Shown here piece after piece: positions 1 to 10,423 of a DNA stretch of 64,000 nt. Location of the stretch: NCBI RefSeq assembly GCF_963921235.1, contig NC_086108.1, positions 30,072,001 through 30,136,000 of the forward strand, given 5' to 3'. The position numbers and the translations under genes were made by a program. The stretch comes from Mobula hypostoma. Its lineage: Eukaryota. The notes below the pieces were generated by a model. It saw only the letters and a program-made list of their open reading frames with translations, was not told the DNA's origin and did not search any database. Within the stretch, counting starts at the first letter, position 1; every line of letters starts with the position of its first letter.

Positions 1-73
1 CAAGAAAATGAATCTCAGGGTAGTATATGATGGCATATATGTGCTTCAACAATAAATTTACTTTCAACTTTCA
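1..73 (+). mobile_element. 3' tail of Rex1/Babar-like LINE
   Basis: CAAGAAAATGAATCTCAGGGT...AATAAATTTACTTTCAACTTT closely matches the tail at ~45904-45985, which follows Rex1-type RT sequence. Confidence 0.65.
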
Positions 74-78
74 ATAAA

Positions 79-110
79 GGCCATTTTAAGAGCCACTAAA
101 AAGAGCTATG
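79..110 (+). promoter_or_regulatory. Degenerate histone 3' stem-loop plus HDE
   Basis: AAA-GGCCAT-TTTA-AGAGCC-ACT at 79-94 is a 14/16 match to GGCTCTTTTAAGAGCC. It is followed by AAAAGAGCTATG, resembling the U7-binding AAAGAGCTG. Confidence 0.75.
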
Positions 111-348
111 ACCATTATTATCACACCTGAGTGTTTGGTCTTTTTATGTGTCATTGTGGTTCAGTGAGTACAATGTGTGTACGTCATTTCTGTTTCTGTG
201 CCATTTTATTGCACAGTTACAGTATACCTTAATGCTATTAAAATCCAGGTAACTATAGGAATATTTTTTAAAATAGTACGGTGATTTAAAAGTGATCTAA
301 CACTTAGTAGGAAATTTATTTTGATATAAGTGCAAAATAGTCTGGGCC

Positions 349-602
349 ACTTGTACTGAGACTGTGGCCCCTGTACAACTGGAACAGAAGGAAAGGGCCC
401 TGCCTACAACCGGTGCTCTCAGCAGCCTGCAGTGTTCCCCAGGCATGGAGGAGAGAAGAATACTCACTGCTAATGACCACGCACTGTGGCTCTGATGGAA
501 ACTCTGCACCACAAGAAATCTATCCAGCAACTTCTTTGTAAATCTTCCTGAACTCAGTGCGAGGGAAAATATAAACAAAAGCATAAGCAAGAACAAACTT
601 AA
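349..602 (+). pseudogene. H3: Histone H3 pseudogene (N-terminal half joined to the terminal codons)
   Basis: Translates in shifting frames as ...GGEKNTHC**PRTVALMETLHHKKSIQQLLCKSS, versus H3 [34 protein letters not shown]. Ends TAA-AACCCTT like the other copies and is followed by a stem-loop. Confidence 0.8.
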
Positions 603-629
603 AACCCTTCCATAACTTAGCCTAACAAA

Positions 630-660
630 AGCTCCTTTAAGAGCCATTGGAAACAGCTAC
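630..660 (+). promoter_or_regulatory. Degenerate histone 3' stem-loop plus HDE
   Basis: AACAAA-AGCTCC-TTTA-AGAGCC at 630-645, then AAACAGCTAC. It starts ~28 nt after the H3 remnant stop. Confidence 0.75.
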
Positions 661-845
661 TGTATGATCAGCTTTATTTCACATGAATGTTTTGTCTTTA
701 CTTTTATCTTTGTGTATCTCATTATTTTTCATTTTTAATCGCAATCTCGTGAACAGCTGTTACTGTGTCAATACAATCTCAGTTCCATTTTCCTACACTG
801 TCGCTAAACTGCTGCCATTAAAATTCCCATTGCAAAAGGAATAAC

Positions 846-939
846 TTGCAGGCTAGTGAGACTTCACTGGTGGGTCTCTCTGAGGACCCCGATGCATGTT
901 ACCCACCCCAGGTGAGTCAAAGCCCCCAAAGACATCCAG
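846..939 (+). pseudogene. H3: Histone H3 C-terminal fragment
   Basis: LQASETSLVGLSEDPDAC...PKDIQ versus [19 protein letters not shown]...PKDIQ. Confidence 0.85.
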
Positions 940-988
940 GTAACATCCAGGAAGATGGCATTCAGGTGGACGAGAGGAAACTAAAATG

Positions 989-1220
989 GCCTGCAAGTGT
1001 ATTCCAGCCATGGAGATGTGAAGAAGACTCACCACCATTGACCAAGCACTGTGGCTCTGAGGGAAAATTTGGCATGACAAGAAATCCATCCAGCTGCTAT
1101 TCCACACATATTCCGTCACACTGAGTGGGAGATCACTCAGGGCTTCAAAGGAGACCTGTGCTCCCACAATTCTCCCCATCATGGACCTGCAGGCCAGTGA
1201 GACTTTCATAGTGACACTCT
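989..1220 (+). pseudogene. H3: Histone H3 fragment (about residues 25-100)
   Basis: ACKCIPA/GDVKKTHHH*PSTVALRE/WHDKKSIQLL...EITQGFKGDLCSHNSP/IMDLQASETF aligns to [37 protein letters not shown]...[27 protein letters not shown]. A31, M90 and S96 fit H3.2 rather than H3.3. Confidence 0.88.
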
Positions 1221-1928
1221 GTTGTGATGGTGTTGGGTTTGCTGTCCGTAAAGTTCTAATCTCAGATGAAGATCTTAAGCCCTGTCTGATATAGGTAGCT
1301 ATGGGCGCCCTCCCTAAAAGGAGGTTTCCATGGCAAGTTTAGCTGCCAATGCCCACTATTGTAGCATTGGGTCTCCCTCCCTACCAAGGAGGAGTTTCTT
1401 CCAGTTAACAAAGTAGTTTAAACACTGTTCATTTATTTTTAGTGATACACATCCAAATTTAGATAAAATTCTTAAAACACATTAAAATCTCACGGAGGAT
1501 TTCTATCTTGTAAAATACTTTGAAATTATAATCAATGTCTGAAACACAAAAGTTTTCTAAAACACAGGTGGAATTCCTATAATTCCTAAAAAGGTATACG
1601 TAGGAATAACAGATGAACGAGTTGTCAGAACTCAAAGGCAAACAAATGGATTCTAGTCATCACATCTTTGTCATTCTTCTTGCTGTTCCTTGACCATTCC
1701 GAACAAGGCTGACTGCTCTTTAATATTTATATATATTTTTTGCTACTTGGTGACTTCACCTGCATATGATGTTTTTCAGTTACATTCATCAGGGCAGGTT
1801 AATACATTGTTTAATGAATCTGAAGTGGACCTCGTTGTTGTCTCTTGATTAAATAATTGGACAATGAGGACCTTATTGTTCACTCATTTACAACAAGAGG
1901 CTGAGCAAAGAATATTGGTTGGAAGTTA

Positions 1929-2141
1929 AACTTCTTCAAAAGCAACCCTTTGAACCCTGGAAGAGTCAACTGCTGTGTTAGAAAGCTGAGCTTGGCAAAA
2001 AGCCCATCGCCCCACCAACCCCTGGGCAGTGAATACCAATCACTGTGTGGGGACCTCAAGCCAGTGCACATTCCATGCTCAGCAGCTGTCTGTGCTCAAA
2101 GACATGAATTTGCATCACTGCATGTATAGCAGCGTGATTAA
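1929..2141 (+). pseudogene. H3: Highly decayed histone H3 C-terminal half
   Basis: KLLQKQPFE, KAEL and CTFHAQQLSVLKDMNL match LLIRKLPFQ, KTDL and [17 protein letters not shown]. Ends TAA-AACCCTT, followed by a perfect stem-loop. Confidence 0.7.
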
Positions 2142-2166
2142 AACCCTTAATTCTGGGCTCAACAAA

Positions 2167-2198
2167 GGCTCTTTTAAGAGCCACTAAAACCAGCTATG
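2167..2198 (+). promoter_or_regulatory. Canonical histone 3' stem-loop plus HDE-like element
   Basis: AACAAA-GGCTCT-TTTA-AGAGCC-ACTA: a perfect 6-bp stem and 4-nt loop at 2167-2182, followed by AAACCAGCTATG. Confidence 0.9.
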
Positions 2199-2402
2199 AT
2201 CACCTTTATTTCAGATTGTTTGACTTTATTTTTGCCTGTGTACATTCCACTATTTTCAAACCATGAGGGCTAGTGGGTGTCAGAACTCCCTAAACACCAT
2301 TTTACTGCACTTTCACCATACACACAGATGCCCTTAATGGCCACACAAATCTACAGTATGTATGGGTTTAATAAAGCGATGCAGAGAATTAAAAAAAACA
2401 AC

Positions 2403-3021
2403 TTGCAGGCCATTGAAACTGCATTCATGGGGCTCTCTGGGAACACCAAACTGTGTGCTACCCATTCTAAACAGGTACCCATGCCCAAAGACATCTAGCT
2501 GCCTGTTAGGGTGCCGGAGCAGGGATCCAATCGCAGGCGCAGTACTGTGCACACAGTGATATTAATTGCTTAACAAATCCCAAGGTGCAAACAAAGTCAG
2601 CATCAAAGTTCAGGCAGAGATCAAAACATCCAGAGAAGTCCAAAAACCAGAATCAGTAAACAGGTAGATTCAATATTCAGACGGACAGAGTACAGATACA
2701 AATGCTGAAAAGACTCAGGAAAATTCACTAGCAAAATCTAGCAATAAATAGATGAAGACACAGGACTGAAATACATTGAGCAATAAACAGAGAGGCAGAT
2801 GATAGGTGGAGCACAATGAGACACGGGTGGCAGCAATACAGGTAATAATGAGAAACAATAGGAGAGACGGGGTACTCAGTAATACAGGGGCCGGAGTAGA
2901 GCAGGAGTGGGGATGGGAGCACATGCCAATACAAAACCACAGACTGACAGCTGGGGGAAAACACAAAGTTCAACTGGAGGTACTGACAACTGCCTCACCT
3001 CCTATTCAAGAATGTCATTAA
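2403..3021 (+). pseudogene. H3: Histone H3 C-terminal fragment split by a solo LTR
   Basis: LQAIETAFMGLSGNTKLCATHSKQVPMPKDI*L (2403-2503) resumes after the LTR at 2989 and runs to TAA-AACTCTT at 3019-3021. Confidence 0.85.
2504..2988 (-). mobile_element. Solo LTR (Gypsy/BEL-like, 485 bp)
   Basis: TGTTAG...ACTGACA termini, with flanks GCTGCC / ACTGCC. The minus-strand end CTGCGATTGGATCC...CCTAACA resembles the end of the LTR at 20924-22166. Confidence 0.75.
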
Positions 3022-3049
3022 AACTCTTGCTCAATCTCAGATCAATAAA

Positions 3050-3080
3050 ACTTCTTTTAAGTACAACTGAAAAGAGATAT
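3050..3080 (+). promoter_or_regulatory. Highly degenerate histone stem-loop plus HDE
   Basis: AATAAA-ACTTCTTTTAAGTACA-ACTGAAAAGAGATAT aligns to AATAAA-GGCCATTTTAAGAGCC-ACTAAAAAGAGCTAT at 73-109. Its distance from the stop codon is similar to the other copies. Confidence 0.6.
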
Positions 3081-3132
3081 AAACCACTTTTACTCCCCCT
3101 CAATCTTCTGTTTTTTTTGCCTCTGGATATTT

Positions 3133-6100
3133 ACCATAAGATTACCATAACACATAGGAGCTGAATTAGGCCACTCAGCCCATCAGGTCAGCTCTGCTAT
3201 TCCATCATTCCTCATTTATTATCCCTCTCAACCCCATTCCTCTGCCTTCTTCCTATAACCTTTGATCCCTGAGTAACCAAGAATATATCAACCGTTGTTT
3301 TAAATATAGTCAAACACTTGCCTCCACAGCTGTGTGTGGCAATGAATTCCACAGATTCATCACACTCTTTCATTTCTGTTCTTAATGGACATTCTTCTTT
3401 TCTGAGGCTGTGCCCTTTGGTCCTAGACTCAACCACTAAAGGGAACATTCTCTCCATATCCATTCTATCTAGGCCTATCAACATTGGATAGCTTTCAATG
3501 AGATCCCCCCTCAGTCTTCTAAACTCCAGTGAGTACACGTTCAGAGCCATCAAATGCTCCTCATACATTAACACTTTAATTCCCAGAATAATTCTTGTGA
3601 ACGTCCTCTAGACTCTTTCCAATGCCAGAACATCCTTTCTTAGATAAGGGGCCCAAAACTGCTCACAATACTCCAAGTGTGGTTTGACTAATGCCTTAAA
3701 AGATCTCAGCATTATGTCCTTGGTGTTATGTTCCTCTGGAAATGAACATTGCATTTGTCTTCCTTACCACCGACTCAACCTGAAAGTTAGCCTTTATGGA
3801 ATCCTGCACAAAGACTCTCAAGTCCTTTTGCATTTTTGAATTTTTTTCCCTGTTTTGAAAAATAGTCTACCCTTTATTTCTTCTACTAAAGTGCATGACC
3901 ATTTACTTCCCAACACTATTTTCCATCTACCTATTCTTTGCCCATTCTCTCATACTGGCTATGTCCTTCTGCAGTCTCCCTGTTTCCTCAACACTATTTG
4001 TCCCTTCACCCATCTTCGTATTGTCCACAGATTTGGCCTCAGAGCTATCCAAATCATTGCCATATAATGTGAAATGACAGGGTCCAATACCGATCCCAGT
4101 GGAATACCACTAATCACCAGTAGCCAATCACGATTAGCCCCCTTTATTCCAACTCTTTGCCTCCTGTCAATCAGCCAATCTTCTATCCATGGTATTATAA
4201 AAATATAGGCTCTTAACTTCTTAAGCAGCCTCATGTGCGGCACCTTGTCAAAGGCCTTTTGTAAATCCAAGTAAACACCATCCACTGACTCTCATTTGTC
4301 TATCTTGTCTGTTAGTTTCTCAAAGAATCAACAGGTTTGTCAGGCCAGATATCCCCTTGAGGAAACCATGTTGACTATGGTCTATTTTACAATGTGCCGC
4401 CAAGTAACCCGAAACCACATCCTTAACAATCGATTCCAACATCTTCACAACCACTAAGGTCAGACTAACTGACCTATAATTTCATTTCTTCTGCCTCCCT
4501 CCCTTCTTAAAGAGTGGAGTGATATTTTCAATTTTCCAGTCTTCTGGAACCATTCCATAATCTAGTAATTCTTGAAAGATCATTACTAGTGCCTCCACAA
4601 TCTCTACAGCTACCTCTTTCAGAACCCTGGGGTTCAGTTCATCTGGTTCAGGTGATTTATCTGCTTCCAGGCCTTTCAGCTTCCAAAACATCTACTCCTC
4701 AGTAATAGCAACTACATTCATTTCGGTCCCCTGTTATTCTCAAATTTCTGGCTTGCTGCTAGTGTCTTCCACAGTGAAGACTTACGCAAAATATTGATTA
4801 GGTTCATCTGCCATTTGTTTGTCCTCCATTACTACCTCTTGAGCATCATTTTCCAGTGGTCCAATATCTACTCTCATTCTTCTTTACTCTTCATATATCT
4901 TTTAAAAAATTGTATCCTCTTTTATATTAGTGGCTAGCTTACTTTCATATTTCATCTTTTCTCTCCTTAATGGATTCAGTTGCCTTCTGGTGGTTTCTAA
5001 GAGACCGCAATCCTCTAACCAACCACTAATACTCACTATATTACTTGCCCTCTCTTTTGCTTTTATGTGTCTTGGGCTTCTCTAGTCACTCACAGTTGCC
5101 TCATCCTCCTTTTAGAATACTTCATCAATACAAAATACTCTGCAGACGCTGGGGTCAAAGCAATACTCACAACATGCTGGAGGAACTCAGCAGGTTGGGC
5201 AGCACCCGTGGAAATGATGAGTCCATGTTTCAGGCCGGAACCCTTCGTCAGGACTGTAGAGGGAAGGGGCAGAGGCCCTACAAAGAAGGTGGGGGGAGGG
5301 TGAGAAGGAGAAGGCTGGGGGAGGGAAAGCAGGGAGGTGATAGGCAGGAAAGGTGAAGAAGGAATAGGGGAAAACACAATGGGTAGTAGAAGGAGGCGGA
5401 ACCATGAGGAAGGTGACAGGCAGCTGGGGGAGGGAGTGGAGTGAAATAGGGATAGGGGAAGGGAGGGGGAGGGAATTACTGGAAGTTGGAGAATTCTATG
5501 TTCATACCGAGGGGCTGGAGACTACCTAGACAGTATATGAGGTGTTGCTCCTCCAAACTGAGTTTAGCCTCATCATGGCAGTAGAGGAGGCCATGTATGG
5601 ATATATCCGAATGGGGGAATGGGAAGCAGAGTTGAAGTGGGTGGCAACCGGGAGATCCTGTCTGTTGTGGCGTATGGAGCGGAGGTGCTCGACGAAGCGG
5701 TATATTCCTTGGACATGTATCTATCCTGCACCTTCTGAATTGCTCCCAGAAACTCCAGCTATTGTTGATCTGCATCATGCTAATAACCCTTCCAATTATC
5801 TTTGGTCACCTCTTATCTCATGCCTCTGTAATCCCCTTTACTCCACTATAATACTGATATATCACAATTTACCTTCTTTCTCTCAAACCGCACAGCGAGT
5901 TCTATTATATCATGACTACTGCCTCCCAAAGGTTCCTTTACCTTCAGTTCCCTAATCAAATCTGTTTCATTACACAACATCCAACATGCTTTTCTCCTAG
6001 TGGACTCAACCACAAGCTGCTCTAAAAAGCCATCTTGTAGCCTTTCTACAAATTCCCTCTCTTGGGATCCAGCACCAACCTGATTCTCCCGATCTACCTA

Positions 6101-7720
6101 CAAATTGAAATCTCCCATGATCATCGTAATATTGTCCTTATTACATGCCTTTTCTATTTTCTGTTGAAATTTATCCTGGTTGATGTTTGGGGTCCTGTAT
6201 ATAACTCCCATCAGGGTCTTTTTAACCCTTTAAGTTTCTTAACTTTACCCTTAATATTCTACATTTTCCCATCCCGAGTCACCTCTTTCTAAGGTTTGAT
6301 TTCATTTTTACTAACAGAACCACCCTACCCCCTCTCCCTACTTTCCTGTCCTTTTGATACAAGGTGTATCCCTGGATTTTAAGCTCGCAACTGTGATCTT
6401 CTTTCAGCCATGACTCAGTGATGCCCATAGCATTATACCTGCTAATCTCTAACTGCACTACAAGACCACCGACTGTGATTCCATATTCCATATATTGCAT
6501 GCATTCAAATATAACATCTTCAGTCCTGTATTCATCAGCCTTTTCGATTTTGCTCCCATGTTACACATCACCTCATCCCACTGACTGCAATTGTGCTCTT
6601 CCATCTGCTGCCCTTCCTTGCAGGCTCACTACACACTGCATTTACTTGTACAACACCCAACCCTATCACTTCACTTCCCATCCCCCTGCCAACATAATTT
6701 AAACTCTCCCCAACAGTTCTAGCAAACCTGCCCACTAGTATATTGTCCCCCTCGGGATCAGATTTAACTCATCCTTTTTGTACAGGTCATACCTTCCCTA
6801 GAAGAGATCAGAATGATCCAGAAATTTGAAACCCTGCCCACTGCACCACTTCCTTAGCCACTCGTGCATCTATTCCATCATCCTATTTCCTGCCCCGACT
6901 CGCAGGTGGCACTGGGAGTAATTGGAGATCCTGTTCTTCATCCTTTTCCTGAACTCTCTATACTCACTGTGCAAGACTTCTTCCCCCTTTCAACCTCCGC
7001 CTCGGTGCCAATGTGCACAACAACCCCTGAGTACTCACCCTTCCTCTTGAGAATCTTCTGCAATCGCTTTGAGATATCCTTGACCCTAGCAGCTGGGAAG
7101 CAGCACACCATCCTGGCTTCTCTTTTATGGCCACAGAACCTCCTTTCTATCCCCTAACTATTGAATCTCCTCTTACTACAGCCTCAGAGTGGGCACAGTG
7201 CCAATAGCCAGCTGCTGCTGGTGCTGTAGCCTGGTGTGTCATCCCCCAGCTGTATCCAAAGGGGTATATGTATGCTGAGGGAATGGTCATAAGGGAACAA
7301 ACACACTGACTGCTTACTTTTCCTGGTGGTCACCCATCTACTTCAGACATCTGCATTCTGGGTGTGACCACCTCAGTAAAAGACTCATCTATGAAAGCCT
7401 CCTAGGCAGTCCTGAGTATATCCAGCTCCAGCTCCAGTTCCTTGACCTTGTCAGTCAGGAGCTGAAGTTGGGTGCACTTCCTGCAGATGTAGTCATCAGG
7501 GAGATTGTTGGGTACCCTGAAATCCCACATCTCACAGGAGGAATGTTCCACTGCCTCGTCCCACCCTGCCTACACTTGCTGTGCCTCTAACTTCTCAAAC
7601 TTAAGTTCTAGCCTGTGCCTGTTCTCTCCCAAACCTATTGAGCTGAACCTGACCACTCTGATTCTGTTCACTCACACAATAGCCTCTCTTCTCAACCCAG
7701 TTTCTCTTACTACCCCTTGT
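3133..7720 (-). mobile_element. CR1 LINE, decayed (RT, APE endonuclease and ORF1 remnants), interrupted by Penelope
   Basis: YLDLQKAFDKVPH, PEDWKIENITPLFKKGG, GITESWLKED and RRLRGDLIE motifs. Short-repeat 3' tail at ~3133-3150. Confidence 0.9.
5126..5700 (-). mobile_element. Penelope-like element, 3' fragment
   Basis: HSDISIHGLLYCHDEAKLSLEEQHLIYCLGSLQPLGMNIEFSNF is the C-terminal part of the GIY-YIG domain. The 3' UTR with CTGCTGAGTTCCTCCAGCA follows. Confidence 0.9.
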
Positions 7721-7896
7721 TAAGTTCTAGATTTTCAAAGTATAATTGTGCTCTGGTAAGTATGAGGTGTGTGTGCATGTGTGCTATGTCTAACAGCATC
7801 GCTTTACTGCAAAATCACCATGCACATTGATGCCATTAAAATCAACATAACCATATGTATAAGTTTTTAAGAATGGTACAGAGACTTAAAAATGAC

Positions 7897-8050
7897 TTGT
7901 AGGCCAGTGAGACTTCACTGGTGGACCTCACCCCAAGCGAGTCTCCACACCCAAAGACATCTGGTGATTCAAGAGGCCTGCAAGTGTGCCACAGCCATGT
8001 TGGGGAGAAGTATCGTTGCCACCGACCCAGTACTGGTTCTGAGCGATGCC
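7897..8050 (+). pseudogene. H3: Histone H3 C-terminal then N-terminal fragment (paralog of 846-1220)
   Basis: TTGTAGGCCAGTGAGACTTCACTGGTGG...CCCAAAGACATC...GGCCTGCAAGTGTGCCACAGCCATG is collinear with 846-1012 and is preceded by the same spacer (TGCCATTAAAAT). Confidence 0.8.
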
Positions 8051-8059
8051 AACATGTTA

Positions 8060-10413
8060 GATAAGTTATACCAACACGTCTCCTGCCCCACTAGAGGCCC
8101 AAATATACTTGACCACTGCTACACAGCAGTCAAGGATGCCTACCATTCCGTCCCACGACCTCACTTCGGAAAACTGGACCAACAGGCCATCTCCTCCCGG
8201 CTTACAAACAGAAACTGAAGCAGGAGGTCACGGTGTCAAAAGTAGTGTCGCGTTGGACAGAGGAAACGGATGAGGTCCTCCGTGACTGCTTTGAATCGGT
8301 GGACTGGTTAGTATTCAAGGATTCGGCGGCTAACCTCAATGAGTATGCCTCAGCTGTCATGGACTTTATTTGGAAATAAACGGAGGACTGTGTGTCTCGC
8401 AAGACGGTCCAGGTATTTCCTAACCGGAAACCTTGGATAAATTATAAGGTCAGCCCCTTTTAAAGGCTAGAGCTGCGGCTTTTAGGCCCGGGGATACCAG
8501 TCGCTACACGGAATCCAGGCATGAACTCCGGAAAGCCATTAAGGGTGTCAAGAGGCAATATCGAGCCAAGTTGGAAGCCCAGGCTAACCAGAAGGATGCC
8601 AGTAGACTATGGCAGGGTCTAAATGAGATCACTGGGTGCAAAGAAAAGGCTGGGAATATCAATAACTGTGGCGCTTCTCTTCCTGATGAACTTAATGTAT
8701 TCTACATAAGATTCGAACAGAAGAGGAGCGTTTGCTCCCTCCGGATGAACCGGACCTGGTGGCATCGAGATTCATCGTCACCGAGGAGGGCCTTCCTGAA
8801 GATAAATCCAAGGAAGGCGAGGGGCCCAGATGGTGTTCCAGGACGGGTCCTCCGGGCCTGTGCAAGCGAGCTAGCTGGAGTTTTTGCTGACATCTTCAAC
8901 TGCTCCTTGCTTCAGTCCAAGATCCGTTCGAGTTTTAAGAAGGCAACGATAATCCCAGTGTCGAAGAAGAGCAAGGTGGCATGCCTGAATGACTATCGAA
9001 CTGTGGCTCTGACATCAATTGCTATGAAGTGCTTCGAGAGATTGGTTATGGAACACATCAACCACAGCCTACCGGTCAACCTCGACGCTTTGCAATTCGC
9101 CTACTGGAGCAACAGGTCAACGGCAGATGCCATCTCTCTGGCCCTACATTCCTCCTTAGAACACCTGGAGAATAAGGAGACTTACGTAAGGCTCCTTTTC
9201 ATTGACTACAGATCAGCCTTTAATAACATCATTCCAAATAAACTGATTCCTAAGCTCCGGAACCTGGGCCTTAGCACTCAGATCTACAGCTAGATCTTCA
9301 ACTTCCTCACAGAGAGGACCCAGGCTGTAAAAATAGGGGACAAGGTCTCCTCCACAATCACTCTGAACACCGGTGCCCCACAAGGCTGTGTACTCAGCCC
9401 TCTGCTATATTCACTGTACACCCATGATTGTGTAGCCAAGTTTCCATCAAACTCAATATATAAGTTTGCTGATGACACTACAATTGTAGGCCGTATCTCG
9501 AGTAATGATGAGTTTGAGTACAGAAAGGAAATTAAGAACCTGGTGGCACGGTGCAAAGACAATAACCTATCCCTCAACATCAGCAAGACGAAGGAATTGG
9601 TTGTTGACTTCAGAAGGAGTAGCGGACTGCATGACCCAATTTACATCAGTGGTGCGGAAGTGGAACAGGTCAAAAGCTTTAAGTTCCCCGGGGTCAATAT
9701 CGCAAATGACCTGACTTGGTCCAACCAAGCAGAGTTCACTGCCAAGAAGGCCCACCAGCGCCTTTACTTCCTGAGAAAACTAAAGAAATTTGGCCTGTCC
9801 CCTAAAACCCTCACCAATTTTTATAGATGCACCATAGAAAGCATTCTTCTAGGGTGCATCACAAACTGGTATAGAAGTTGTCCTGTCCAAGACTGAAAGA
9901 AGCTGCAGAAGATCGTGAACATGACGCAGCACATCACACAAACCAATCTTCCATCCGTGGACTCACTTTACACCGCACGCTGTCGGAGCAGTGCTGCCAG
10001 GATAATTAAGGACATGACCCACCCAGCCAACACACTTTCCATCCCTCTTCCCTCTGGGAGAAGGCTCAGGAACTTGAAAACTCATACGGCCAGATTTGGG
10101 AACAGCCTCTTTCCAACTGTGATAAGACTGCTGAACGGATCCTGACCCGGATCTTGGCAGTACCCTCCAAATATCTGGACCCGCCTCTCGGTTTTTTTGC
10201 ACTACCTTACTTTCCATTTTCTATTTTTATTTATGATTTATAATTTAAAATTTTAATATTTACTAATTTTTTTTACTATTTTTAATATTTTTAATATTTA
10301 ATATTTGTAATCCAGGGAGCGGGAAGCGCAGAATCAAATATTGCTGTGATGATTGTATGTTCTAGTATCAATTGTTTGGCGACAGTAAAGTATAAAGTGT
10401 AAGTACAAAGTAT
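8060..10413 (+). mobile_element. Rex1/Babar-clade LINE, 5'-truncated, relatively young
   Basis: APE end YQHVSCPTRGPNILDHCYT; RT motifs [40 protein letters not shown] and KFADDT. AAAGTA-type tail. Many CpGs are retained. Confidence 0.9.
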
Positions 10414-10423
10414 GCTGACGTGA

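Noticed and set aside
297..647. 116-aa minus-strand ORF with a hydrophobic N-terminus (and 853-1209)
   Set aside because: Antisense shadows of the + strand H3 pseudogene copies.
840..860. ACTTGCAG|GC at the start of three H3 C-terminal segments as a splice acceptor at the H3.3 last-intron position (Q93/E94)
   Set aside because: The upstream sequence is A-rich, not polypyrimidine. TTGCAG is itself the LQ coding sequence. The copy at 989-1220 is uninterrupted there, and the residues and stem-loops are of replication-dependent type.
8044..10423. TSD around the Rex1 insertion (ATGCCAACATG / ATGCTGACGTG)
   Set aside because: Only 8/11 identical, too degenerate for an otherwise young element.
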